NCBI GenBank assembly: GCA_001029635.1
Contig: CP011209.1
Span: 80,983-144,982 of the forward strand
Direction: 5' to 3'
DNA from: Candidatus Wolfebacteria bacterium GW2011_GWB1_47_1
GTDB lineage: Bacteria > Patescibacteriota > Minisyncoccia > UBA6257 > UBA9933
Length of the DNA: 64,000 nucleotides
In this document: piece after piece, positions 36,553 through 45,458 of the stretch
Layout of the letters: each line of letters opens with the position of its first letter
How positions within the stretch are numbered: the first letter of the stretch is position 1
Made by a program: the position numbers and the translations under genes
The notes under the pieces: generated by a model
Databases searched by the model: none
What the model was told of the DNA's origin: nothing
Seen by the model: the letters and a program-made list of their open reading frames with translations, nothing else

Positions 36553-37242
36553 TTATTCCCCTTTCTTTTCTATATCAATCGGGGTCTTCATTTTCATAAA
36601 TGTCGGGAATCGAAATGGAATAGTGATGGTTGCCTTGGGCATGACCAGGTCAGGAACCATCAACAATAACATGGCACTAAAGAACGAAAATACGCTCGCA
36701 AGAATGAATACGATATCGAATCCAAATGCATTTGCGAGTCCACCTCCAACAAATGCGGCAACCCCGGAGGCAAGCCCGATCGTCGTACTATCAAGCGACC
36801 AATCAAACGCATAATGTTCCTTGTCTAGATGGCGGGAAAAAATGCCAGACCATGCCGGCGCATACAACCCGAATGATAAACCCTGCAAAAATGCGACGAT
36901 ATACAATGTTGAGATATCTGTAACAAGCAGGTATGCAAGCGCAGTAAACCCGGCAAGCAACAAGGCGAGGATGAGCGTATAGAAATCATCACGCTCTCCC
37001 TCGTGGCGATCAAGCGTGATGGCGACCGGCAATTGAACCAACGACTTGGTGATCCAATAGGTTGCCACAACACCGCCAACAGTGGCGACCGTCGCTCCAG
37101 GGATGGATTCAACAAGGAAGATTGAGAAGATCGGCCCAATCAATCCCCATCCACCCCACAGCATAAGGTCGGACATGACAAAAAACTTGATAATGCGATT
37201 GATTTTCAATCCGGTCGTATCGATGTTTATTTTGATTCTCAT
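36553..37242 (-). CDS. hypothetical 6-TM membrane protein (MFS-like half)
   Basis: 229 aa, hydrophobic. Confidence 0.4.
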   Translation of the reverse strand: MRIKINIDTTGLKINRIIKFFVMSDLMLWGGWGLIGPIFSIFLVESIPGATVATVGGVVATYWITKSLVQLPVAITLDRHEGERDDFYTLILALLLAGFTALAYLLVTDISTLYIVAFLQGLSFGLYAPAWSGIFSRHLDKEHYAFDWSLDSTTIGLASGVAAFVGGGLANAFGFDIVFILASVFSFFSAMLLLMVPDLVMPKATITIPFRFPTFMKMKTPIDIEKKGE

Positions 37243-37271
37243 ATAATATAATTTTAAAATTGAAGGGATGC

Positions 37272-38087
37272 TTATTCTAAGGGACTTTTAATGTTCTTCA
37301 ACATCGGGTTTGTCACTTTCGTATATATTTGCGTCGTCCTAATGTTAGCATGACCGAGTAATTCTTGCACATAGCGCACATCGACACCATTTTCCAATAA
37401 GTGTGTAGCAAAGCTGTGACGCAAAGAATGGAATGTCGCATCTTTTTGAATTCCCGCATTTTGTAATGCGCTTTCAAAAACCTTTTGTGCGGTCCGCTCA
37501 GTTAATTTTCCGCCACGTTCGCTCGCAAGTAAATATTCATTAAAATCACGCCCCGCTATCAATTTACTTATACCATTATTTAATATTTCCGGGAATACCG
37601 TAATGCGATCCTTATTTCCTTTTGCACCCTTGATATGGATTGTTAGCTCTGCCAAGTTTATGTCTTTGATCTTCATATTGACAACCTCACTAACTCGCAA
37701 TCCTCCGGCATAAGCCAATGAAACCATCAGGTTATGTTTTTCATTAGCAATGCCATCTAATAGCGATTGAATTTCGGAGCGGGACAGCACTACTGGCAAT
37801 TTGCTCGGTGTCTTGGCAAAACGGATATCTATTTTTCCGCGATAATTCAACACATTCCAGTAGAAGAAATTGATGGCCTGCAAAGCTTGGTTGGTTGTTT
37901 GTGAAGATTTACCGGCATCTACCTTAGACAGCAGATATGTTTTAATAAAATCCACATCGACTAAATTGAGATTCTCGCCTTTTGCGCGTAAATAGTCGGC
38001 AACACACACACGATAACTCTTGATCGTTTTAGGGCTATAATTCCGCAGCCGCAATTCGTCCTCCAGCTTTTTTAAATAGACGTCCAT
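37272..38087 (-). CDS. tyrosine site-specific recombinase, XerC/XerD-like (phage integrase family)
   Basis: 271 aa; C-terminal catalytic region HSLRHSFATHLLENGVDVRYVQELLGHANIRTTQIYTKV (R...HxxR...Y). Confidence 0.8.
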   Translation of the reverse strand: MDVYLKKLEDELRLRNYSPKTIKSYRVCVADYLRAKGENLNLVDVDFIKTYLLSKVDAGKSSQTTNQALQAINFFYWNVLNYRGKIDIRFAKTPSKLPVVLSRSEIQSLLDGIANEKHNLMVSLAYAGGLRVSEVVNMKIKDINLAELTIHIKGAKGNKDRITVFPEILNNGISKLIAGRDFNEYLLASERGGKLTERTAQKVFESALQNAGIQKDATFHSLRHSFATHLLENGVDVRYVQELLGHANIRTTQIYTKVTNPMLKNIKSPLE

Positions 38088-38192
38088 ATAGACATGGTAT
38101 ATAATAATGAAGGTGTGTTCAAATTATATGTGATATTCGCCTAGTCAGCAATATTGAGTAGCATATACGAAAACACTTCGCATATAAATGAG

Positions 38193-38367
38193 TTACGCAA
38201 AATGTCGTTCGGCTTCACTCCATTTTTCGTAACGTGGAGCTTTGCGAGGGTTGGGCTTCCTCTCTTCCCTATCGGGACAAGTAAACAAGCCTCGCACCAC
38301 ATCGCCTAACAACCGCTTGGCGGCGTCCGCCCAAATCCCGCTCCGCGGGACTTCGCAAAGCTCCACG
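38193..38367 (+). repeat. 175-nt structured repeat, copy 1 (with a diverged ~28-nt 5' extension from 38166)
   Basis: 100% identical to copies 2 and 3. Contains a 12-bp hairpin (TTACGCAAAATG...CATTTTTCGTAA), a 15-bp closing stem (CGTGGAGCTTTGCGA...TCGCAAAGCTCCACG) enclosing ~106 nt with small GC hairpins (GGCGG-CGT-CCGCC; CCCGC-TCC-GCGGG), and an internal GCCTAAC. Confidence 0.8.
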
Positions 38368-38523
38368 TTCAACGAAATAAATTTTTTATCTTGGTGAAAA
38401 TTTAAAGTTTTGTGAGATAAATGGGGACAGAAAATTTGATTTTTTATTAATTTAAAGAGGGGGATACGGAGTTTTTCTGCTCTTTGGGGAGCAGAAAAAA
38501 TTAATTCATTTATAATCAAAAAT

Positions 38524-39135
38524 ATGCTCGAAAAACCTTACATTCCATCGCAAGCTGAAATGGAAAAAGCTGAAACAATGGCAGCTGATTATCAAAAAAC
38601 ACCCGAACAAGTCAAGGAGGATGAAGAAAAAAAAGACAAAAACAATGAGGCTCTAATTTCAGATTTAGCTGGAATAGAGATTTACGGCTCTAATTCAGTG
38701 AGTGAGCAGATAAAACAAAATTATGCTGAAATGGCAATTAAAGTCATCACTGATATAAATAAAAGCGCAGGAAAAAAATTATCATGGACTTTTAGGTTAT
38801 TTGGACCGAAATCAGATAAGGATATGAAATTCAAAATGGAGGAAACATTGAATAATATGGCAGCAGCTTTACGTCTTGAGCATGAGAAGGCAGCAAACGA
38901 GGTGGGCCTAATTCGCAAGAGAGGCGATAATACAGAAATGGATAAATTTATTGCGGAAAGAGAACTAGAAAGAAAAGGCCTCTTGAAAAGTTTAAAGGAA
39001 GGATATGCCGATTTTGTATTAAATAAAGACGAAGGAACAATTCAGATAGGTATGACATCGGATGGCTATAAACTTAAATCTGGAGAATTAATGAATTTTG
39101 ATGAAATAACAAAATACATCAGAGAGAATATGTAA
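38524..39135 (+). CDS. hypothetical Lys/Glu-rich protein (cassette ORF between repeat copies 1 and 2)
   Basis: 203 aa. Confidence 0.4.
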   Translation: MLEKPYIPSQAEMEKAETMAADYQKTPEQVKEDEEKKDKNNEALISDLAGIEIYGSNSVSEQIKQNYAEMAIKVITDINKSAGKKLSWTFRLFGPKSDKDMKFKMEETLNNMAAALRLEHEKAANEVGLIRKRGDNTEMDKFIAERELERKGLLKSLKEGYADFVLNKDEGTIQIGMTSDGYKLKSGELMNFDEITKYIRENM

Positions 39136-39388
39136 TGCCGATGAGGAGTTTTGAAAAATGAAATTCACCCCTAGCCCCTCTTTCATTTTTCAAAAGAAAA
39201 AATCAAATTTTCTTATACGATAAACTAATGTATAATGAATTTAATAACGAGATAAAAAATTGACATCGTCGAACAACTCATATCTGGCTCAAGAAATTGA
39301 CACTTTAATGTTTCAGATGAAAGCCAATTTCTTTCGACCCAAATTTTTTCGCAATTGCATTGCGCAAAAACTTCAGATATAAGTAACG

Positions 39389-39563
39389 TTACGCAAAATG
39401 TCGTTCGGCTTCACTCCATTTTTCGTAACGTGGAGCTTTGCGAGGGTTGGGCTTCCTCTCTTCCCTATCGGGACAAGTAAACAAGCCTCGCACCACATCG
39501 CCTAACAACCGCTTGGCGGCGTCCGCCCAAATCCCGCTCCGCGGGACTTCGCAAAGCTCCACG
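39389..39563 (+). repeat. 175-nt structured repeat, copy 2
   Basis: Identical core; 5' flank GTAACG shared with copy 3; 3' junction ...CCACG|TTGGAC. Confidence 0.8.
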
Positions 39564-39683
39564 TTGGACGAAATGCCATAAGGAAATTAGGGGGATGGCA
39601 CATCGTCCAACACTGTGTATCTGGTTTCATGAAAAGGGATTCAACAAATAATCTTTTACAATTCAAAATGCCATTTTTTGGGA

Positions 39684-39716
39684 TAAAAAAATCCGCCAAT
39701 CTTTCGAGAGGCGGAG
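39684..39716 (-). terminator. rho-independent terminator after small cassette ORF
   Basis: TCCGCC-loop-GGCGGA hairpin followed by T7 on the minus strand. Confidence 0.5.
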
Positions 39717-39743
39717 GATGTGTTGTTTGCTGATTTATTATGT

Positions 39744-39941
39744 TCAGCTCATATTTTTCTTGACGACCTCGAGATTGCTTTCGAGCAGCTCTTCCTTGAC
39801 GTCGTCGTCGATGTCATCCCATGCGTTGTCCAATCCTCTGCGGCCTGTCAGATCGCCGAGGATAGCAAACAGAATTTTTTTTGCCGGTTCGGTCGGCTTG
39901 GTTGTGTAGCGCTCCTGAAACTCCTCAAGTAACGTTGTCAT
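39744..39941 (-). CDS. small acidic hypothetical protein (65 aa; cassette ORF between repeat copies 2 and 3)
   Basis: ATG at 39941 preceded by GAGGAGG (6-nt spacer); MTTLLEEFQERYTTKPTEPAKKILFAILGDLTGRRGLDNAWDDIDDDVKEELLESNLEVVKKNMS. ORF-track 118-aa version is probably over-extended. Confidence 0.45.
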   Translation of the reverse strand: MTTLLEEFQERYTTKPTEPAKKILFAILGDLTGRRGLDNAWDDIDDDVKEELLESNLEVVKKNMS

Positions 39942-40171
39942 AAAGTCCTCCTCATGATTTTGATATATTATCCAAATGTTGTTGAATAATATATTATGAT
40001 AGCACATTATTCGTTGTATGTCAAATATAGAGGAGTAAAAATTCCAAAAATGGCTCAAGTTAAGGAAATTATTTGTTGAATTCCTTTTCATTCCACCCAA
40101 ATTTTTGCTTCTTTTATCTATTTGAACTAATATTGAGGAAGCGAAGCAAAAACTTCAGATACACAGTAACG

Positions 40172-40346
40172 TTACGCAAAATGTCGTTCGGCTTCACTCC
40201 ATTTTTCGTAACGTGGAGCTTTGCGAGGGTTGGGCTTCCTCTCTTCCCTATCGGGACAAGTAAACAAGCCTCGCACCACATCGCCTAACAACCGCTTGGC
40301 GGCGTCCGCCCAAATCCCGCTCCGCGGGACTTCGCAAAGCTCCACG
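40172..40346 (+). repeat. 175-nt structured repeat, copy 3
   Basis: Identical core; 3' junction ...CCACG|CTATGCGAAGACGTTGTAC differs from copies 1 and 2. Confidence 0.8.
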
Positions 40347-40392
40347 CTATGCGAAGACGTTGTACGAAATTACTTCTTTATTAGGTACTATA

Positions 40393-40426
40393 AAAATCCC
40401 GCCGATACGATCGGCGGAATTTTTTA
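40393..40426 (-). terminator. rho-independent (bidirectional) terminator after Clp ATPase gene
   Basis: CCGCCGAT-ACG-ATCGGCGG stem flanked by A5 / T6. Confidence 0.55.
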
Positions 40427-40467
40427 TGCTTCCCACGCAAAACCCCGGGAGTGAGCCCATGAGGACT

Positions 40468-43002
40468 TCATTCTCCCATATTCACGAACCGCACCTCCTC
40501 GCCTTCGAGCGTTAGGTGTAAATGACTCCCCTTTCGCACCTCCCCCCGCAAGATCATCTCGGCAAGCTCACTCTTGATGCGATCGTTGATCACGGTGCGT
40601 AGCGGACGGGCGCCGAATACCGGATCATAGCCAACGTTCGCCAAATGTTCCACGACGGCATTGTCGATCTCCATCGCGATGCCTTGTTCTTCGCCGAGCG
40701 TCTTTGCCAACTTTTGTATCTGCATGCGCGCAATGGCGATTGTGTCGTCGACCGACAGATTCTTGAATATGATCACATCGGAAAAACGATTCAATAATTC
40801 AGGACGGAAATATCCAGTCAATTTCTTCTTAAATTCATCCTTAATATCTTCAATATTACGCCCCGCCTCGATAGATTCCTTAATGAAATCGGAATTTGCG
40901 TTGGACGTTGCGATGACGATAGTGTTCTGGAAATCAACCACGCGCCCCACGTTGTCGGTGATGCGCCCATCGTCGAGTACCTGCAGGAAAAGATTCAATA
41001 CGTCCGGATGCGCCTTTTCGAATTCATCCAATAGAATTAGGCTATACGGCTTCTGAATCACCGACTCGGTAAGCGTGCCGCTCATCTTGCCGTCAGGGGT
41101 TCCGATAAATCGAAAGATGCTTTGCTTGTCCTGATATTCGGACATATCGAAGCGGAGCAGCAGCTGGTCAGACCCAAACTGCGTCTTTGCCAAAATCTTT
41201 GCAAGCTCCGTCTTACCGACGCCCGTAGGCCCAACAAAGAGAAATGTGGCAATCGGCCCGTTGGATCGGGCAAGTCCGCTGCGATACTGACGCAATGCGC
41301 GTGCGACTGCGGTGACCGCCTGTTCCTGGTCGATCAGATTCTGATGAATAATATCCTCGAGATTGAGTAGTTTCTCTGCTTCCTCCTTGGTCGTCTTATG
41401 GATCGGGATATTGATCTTCCGCTCGGCAACGGCGATGACGATCTCATCGGTAAGCATCTTTTCTCCCCGCTGGGTTGCGTCGGCAAGTGCCTCTTTAAGC
41501 AGATCTTCCGCACTCGCGGGAAGAAGCTTTTGTTTAAAATATTTATGAGCGATCGAAACGGCGGCTTTAATGGCTTCAAAGCTGATGACGACGTTGTATT
41601 GCCGTTCCAGGATGATGCCGGAATAGATCAAGACACGAATGGAATCATCCTCAGAAAGCTCTTCGACGCGAACCACTTCAAATGCATTGAGAAAATCGGT
41701 ATGCGGTTCGATCTCGGTCTTCATTTCCTTTGCATAAGAAGACCCGATAACCTGAAACGCATCACTGGCAATGGCCGGCAACATAAGCGTGGCCACATCC
41801 ATATACCCTTCCCCCGACGTCTTGAATAGATTATGAATATCGGGGATATAGAGGATGATATTCTTTGCCGCAATGATCTCCCGAACGACGGTATTGACCC
41901 GAGTAGAAATTTCTTCAGGCCCCGCGCCGGAAACAAGTTCTCCAATAGAAAGCGCAACAAGCCGCTTATCGAATAGCTCCTCAGGAACTTTGTCTTTGAC
42001 GATATTAAATGCCAAATGGCTGACGATGGTCTCTTTTCCACTTCCCGGATCGCCCACTAAAAGAACATTCTGCTTTGCGGCGCGAGAAAGAACATTAACA
42101 ATTGTTCCATATTCCTGTTCGTGGCCAATCAAAAACCCGACACGCTGTTCGCGAGCAAGATCGGTCAGGTCGTCGCTAAACATATCCAATGTCGGCGTAA
42201 CGCGCGCAGTCCACGCACGATTCATAATACGATGTCGCCCTCCTTTGCGACCAAACCCGCCAAGCGTGGAAGGGATAGTCTTGAGCCACGCAAATCGCTG
42301 TCGATAACGGCTAAAGATGAGTGCCTTTTGTAGATCATTTGTATCAAGCGAGAAGAGATAGAACACGCGCCGCACGGCGGCATCGTCAACCGTACCCAAT
42401 GCGGAAAAAAGATCATTGAGAGCAATATACTTTCCCCCGTTGTCATAGGCATCCATGAATGCGACCTTCACCAATATATGAATGCGCGAAAGCAGTTCGT
42501 CATGAGCATAAAGGTTCGTATTTTTGTACTTCTCGACTTCTTCATCAATCTTATGCTCAAACTCCTCCGGAGAAATCTCAAGCCGCCACAAAGCGCCACG
42601 AATGCCGTCATCCCGAATAAGCGTCTTCATGAGATGCAAATAATAGTTACCCCCGGCGATCGCGGTTTTATCAAGCGCACGGATAATTACGCGGAAACTC
42701 TTTGGTAAAAGATATTGGGTAATATTAACTCCTTCGATCTCATCTGCCTTCAGATCGGTGATCGCATGCAATGGAGTGTTAATATGTAAGGCTCGGTCGA
42801 TCAGCACCAGGGTGCACAAGATGCCGAACCAATACAACCATTCGATATCGGACAATACCGCAAGGATAGTGCCTACGGTGAATATGGCATAAAACGCATA
42901 CGTGATCAGCCCCCATAAGAAGCGCAATGATGCGGAGAATTCGAGACGCGGATCAGAGAAGGTGAGTTTTTCAACGGGAAAGTTCGTGTTCATACCAATC
43001 AA
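40468..43002 (-). CDS. Clp/Hsp100-family AAA+ ATPase (ClpA/ClpB/ClpC-like) with N-terminal transmembrane region instead of Clp_N
   Basis: 844 aa; D1 Walker A is GDPGSGKE (non-canonical), D2 GPTGVGKT canonical; N-terminal ~60 aa hydrophobic. ORF-track start is TTG; ATG (MNTNFPV) at 42993 is an alternative. Confidence 0.7.
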   Translation of the reverse strand: MIGMNTNFPVEKLTFSDPRLEFSASLRFLWGLITYAFYAIFTVGTILAVLSDIEWLYWFGILCTLVLIDRALHINTPLHAITDLKADEIEGVNITQYLLPKSFRVIIRALDKTAIAGGNYYLHLMKTLIRDDGIRGALWRLEISPEEFEHKIDEEVEKYKNTNLYAHDELLSRIHILVKVAFMDAYDNGGKYIALNDLFSALGTVDDAAVRRVFYLFSLDTNDLQKALIFSRYRQRFAWLKTIPSTLGGFGRKGGRHRIMNRAWTARVTPTLDMFSDDLTDLAREQRVGFLIGHEQEYGTIVNVLSRAAKQNVLLVGDPGSGKETIVSHLAFNIVKDKVPEELFDKRLVALSIGELVSGAGPEEISTRVNTVVREIIAAKNIILYIPDIHNLFKTSGEGYMDVATLMLPAIASDAFQVIGSSYAKEMKTEIEPHTDFLNAFEVVRVEELSEDDSIRVLIYSGIILERQYNVVISFEAIKAAVSIAHKYFKQKLLPASAEDLLKEALADATQRGEKMLTDEIVIAVAERKINIPIHKTTKEEAEKLLNLEDIIHQNLIDQEQAVTAVARALRQYRSGLARSNGPIATFLFVGPTGVGKTELAKILAKTQFGSDQLLLRFDMSEYQDKQSIFRFIGTPDGKMSGTLTESVIQKPYSLILLDEFEKAHPDVLNLFLQVLDDGRITDNVGRVVDFQNTIVIATSNANSDFIKESIEAGRNIEDIKDEFKKKLTGYFRPELLNRFSDVIIFKNLSVDDTIAIARMQIQKLAKTLGEEQGIAMEIDNAVVEHLANVGYDPVFGARPLRTVINDRIKSELAEMILRGEVRKGSHLHLTLEGEEVRFVNMGE

Positions 43003-43376
43003 ATGTTCACATTAAATACATGCGCTGCAGGCGTTTGTCCGGCGATCTTGAGTAGGACATAAATAGGAATACCCGCCCATGCGAGAAAAATAACCGCGGC
43101 AACCCCAATAACTACAGCATAGAGTACGCTGCCGATCACCAGACGGATCGCGCGAAAGATAAATCCCAGTACATACCCGAAGATGTTATACTCCTGATAG
43201 AGTGGTTGAAAGATATTACGCCAGGTAACCTTCAGAGCGATAGATTGATCCATTTCTTCCAAGCGCGCGATAATAAACCTACTATAGGACATAAAACTAT
43301 CGACGTACCAATGTCGGATAAAATGGGAGATGCGATAAACGAACCGATCAAAAAGATAGACAAGAAAGATATCCAT
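42999..43376 (-). CDS. small hypothetical membrane protein
   Basis: C-terminal 125 aa of ORF 42999..43652, starting at MDIFLVYLF; two TM helices; stop overlaps Clp start codon. Confidence 0.25.
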   Translation of the reverse strand: MDIFLVYLFDRFVYRISHFIRHWYVDSFMSYSRFIIARLEEMDQSIALKVTWRNIFQPLYQEYNIFGYVLGFIFRAIRLVIGSVLYAVVIGVAAVIFLAWAGIPIYVLLKIAGQTPAAHVFNVNI

Positions 43377-43667
43377 GATAGAGCCAATTGATCTATTACG
43401 AGTTACGGGTTGACTCACATTACAGATCCGTATTTTTCTAAATTCGCAATTCGTAATCGAGTAATTCTTCCAATAGTATATCCGATTTCCGCCCGCCGAA
43501 CAAAAAAGACACCACGCAAGCGGATGTCTTTTTATTGAACATGTAAATTGTACAAATTTTGATGAGATGTGAGACGCGGGCATGGCGCAAGGAAGTCGTA
43601 CTACCAGTACGCGACCGAAGCGCCAGGAGACCCGCAACAAAGCAGCTCGCAAAATATGTAGAGTTAT

Positions 43668-44351
43668 TTACTTTTCGGAGGTCTCCCGCTTTAACTTCTC
43701 AATAAGAGAAGCTGCGTAGTCCTTTCCGCCGAGGCCGAAGGCAATACCACCTGCGAGGGCGAGCATAGCAACAACACCGGTAATGACCGTCTGGAGAACA
43801 TAGACGTTGATTCCAAGCTGCATCAAAGCAGTAATGAGACCAAAAACGACAACAATCCACCAAACGAACGATCCGAGGAAGTTAGCTGCGTAAAGCTTCG
43901 CACTCGAAACGGAGGCCTTTACCAATGATTTTGAAAACTTCGCAACTACCAAGGTCGCGAGCATTATCAATGCAGCGGCAACGATATTTGGAAAATACAA
44001 GAGTACTTGTTTCAAGAAATCAGAAAAGACATCCAATCCCAAGAGACTGGAAACTGCCAAAATGGCAACGATCGCGAAGAACCAATAGACAGCCCGACCC
44101 AAGAATCGTCCTGAGTCAAGACGCATATCGCCGCGCTCAACATATTGAGCAACGCCGATTTTCTTCAACAATTCGTCCAATTTAATCGCTTTAATAATCT
44201 GTTCAACTACCGTTCCGAATACGGAAGCGATGACCAAACCGATAATCAACACGATAAGAGCTCCAAGAAACTTAGGCACGAACGCCATTACTCCAAGCCA
44301 CACGTTTGCCAGCGAACCGTAAAGCGTGCTTGTTAAATTTTGTACGAACAT
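43668..44351 (-). CDS. membrane protein with conserved TM-helix repeats (MscS-associated TM_helix family-like)
   Basis: 227 aa, 5-6 TM helices. Confidence 0.45.
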   Translation of the reverse strand: MFVQNLTSTLYGSLANVWLGVMAFVPKFLGALIVLIIGLVIASVFGTVVEQIIKAIKLDELLKKIGVAQYVERGDMRLDSGRFLGRAVYWFFAIVAILAVSSLLGLDVFSDFLKQVLLYFPNIVAAALIMLATLVVAKFSKSLVKASVSSAKLYAANFLGSFVWWIVVVFGLITALMQLGINVYVLQTVITGVVAMLALAGGIAFGLGGKDYAASLIEKLKRETSEK

Positions 44352-44674
44352 TTGTTTGTTATCACCCGCCGATCGAAACCGACAGATGACACCATTATGT
44401 GTTTTCGACCTTTCAACTTGTTACCAGTATACCCCGTTAGAGAATTTATTCCAACACCCACTAATAAAATCAACGCTTATCGACTACAAATGGCACACCT
44501 TAGATATATCGTGGCGTTAAATTCTCTAACGGGTATATATATCAAAAAGTCATTTGATCGCATAGAGGACAATTAGCCAAGGTTCAAATCCATGATCCCC
44601 AGCGTATAAATACTACAAATACAAAAATCTCCATAATCTCGCAGAGGTACTGGCTCTGTGATATAATAGGGACA

Positions 44675-45064
44675 ATGAAATTCTTATCTCGATTCCTGTT
44701 TTCAATATTCTCAAACCTCCTGGCGTTTCTGATCGCGATCAAATTCGTCGAAGGGTTTACGATCGCCGATGGGTCCACAACATTATTCGGCATCAGTGTG
44801 CCGGTCCTGGTCGCCGTAGTGGCGCTATTCACGGTCATTAACCTATTTATCCGACCGATTATCAAGCTTATCCTGAGTCCGATCATCATCCTAACCTTCG
44901 GGCTCGGCATCCTTGTTGTAAACGCATTAATGCTGTATCTGCTTGATTATTTCTCGAAAAATGTTACCATACAGGGACTTGAGCCACTCGCCTACGCGAC
45001 ACTCATCATTAGTGTCGTCAACCTCATTATAGGTGTGTCGGCGCGTAAAACCTACAAAGACTAA
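44675..45064 (+). CDS. YvlD / phage-holin-4_2-family small membrane protein
   Basis: 129 aa, 4 TM; preceded by TATAAT -10 box. Confidence 0.45.
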   Translation: MKFLSRFLFSIFSNLLAFLIAIKFVEGFTIADGSTTLFGISVPVLVAVVALFTVINLFIRPIIKLILSPIIILTFGLGILVVNALMLYLLDYFSKNVTIQGLEPLAYATLIISVVNLIIGVSARKTYKD

Positions 45065-45069
45065 CTACC

Positions 45070-45288
45070 ATGGACTATTTATCAATTGCTCAGCTCGTTT
45101 TATCGATTGTATTGATTATCATCATTCTTCTACAGGAGCGTTCTTCGGGCCTTTCTGGCGCTTTTGGTGGCGGAACCGAGGGAGGAACCTACCAGACCCG
45201 TCGCGGATTTGAACGTATAATCTTCGGAGCAACCATTGTCATTGCGGTTGCATTTGCGGCGCTTTCCCTTGTCGACCTCATTAAATAA
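45070..45288 (+). CDS. secG: preprotein translocase subunit SecG
   Basis: 72 aa; LLQERSSGLSGAFGGGTEGGTYQTRRG matches the SecG signature. Confidence 0.75.
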   Translation: MDYLSIAQLVLSIVLIIIILLQERSSGLSGAFGGGTEGGTYQTRRGFERIIFGATIVIAVAFAALSLVDLIK

Positions 45289-45458
45289 ATTAGAGGCGTT
45301 CTTGTTTTACCGAACTGCTTCGCATGTTGTCGTTACTAACGATTCATTAGTAGCTGAAGCATATACGAAATACCCGAGTACCGACGAGACATCCGCGCGA
45401 TAACGAAGCCCGGAGCATCTCCTCCTTACCCTTAAAATAAGGACGTCTTACTACTTTC

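Noticed and set aside
37272-38087. Calling the recombinase a bona fide integron integrase IntI
   Set aside because: At 271 aa it is about 50 residues shorter than IntI and I cannot see the IntI-specific additional domain. Kept as Xer-like; the integron analogy is a hypothesis only.
38205-38320. 38-aa ORF (MSFGFTPFFVTWSFARVGLPLFPIGTSKQASHHIA) conserved inside each 175-nt repeat, and minus-strand ORFs 38193-38519 and 39502-39699
   Set aside because: No RBS. Conservation is explained by the nucleotide identity of the repeat itself, and the minus-strand ORFs read through repeat plus unrelated flank. Treated as non-coding.
38193-40346. CRISPR array interpretation of the three repeats
   Set aside because: Repeats are 175 nt (CRISPR repeats are 23-50 nt), the spacers are 0.8-1.2 kb and contain genes, and no cas genes are present.
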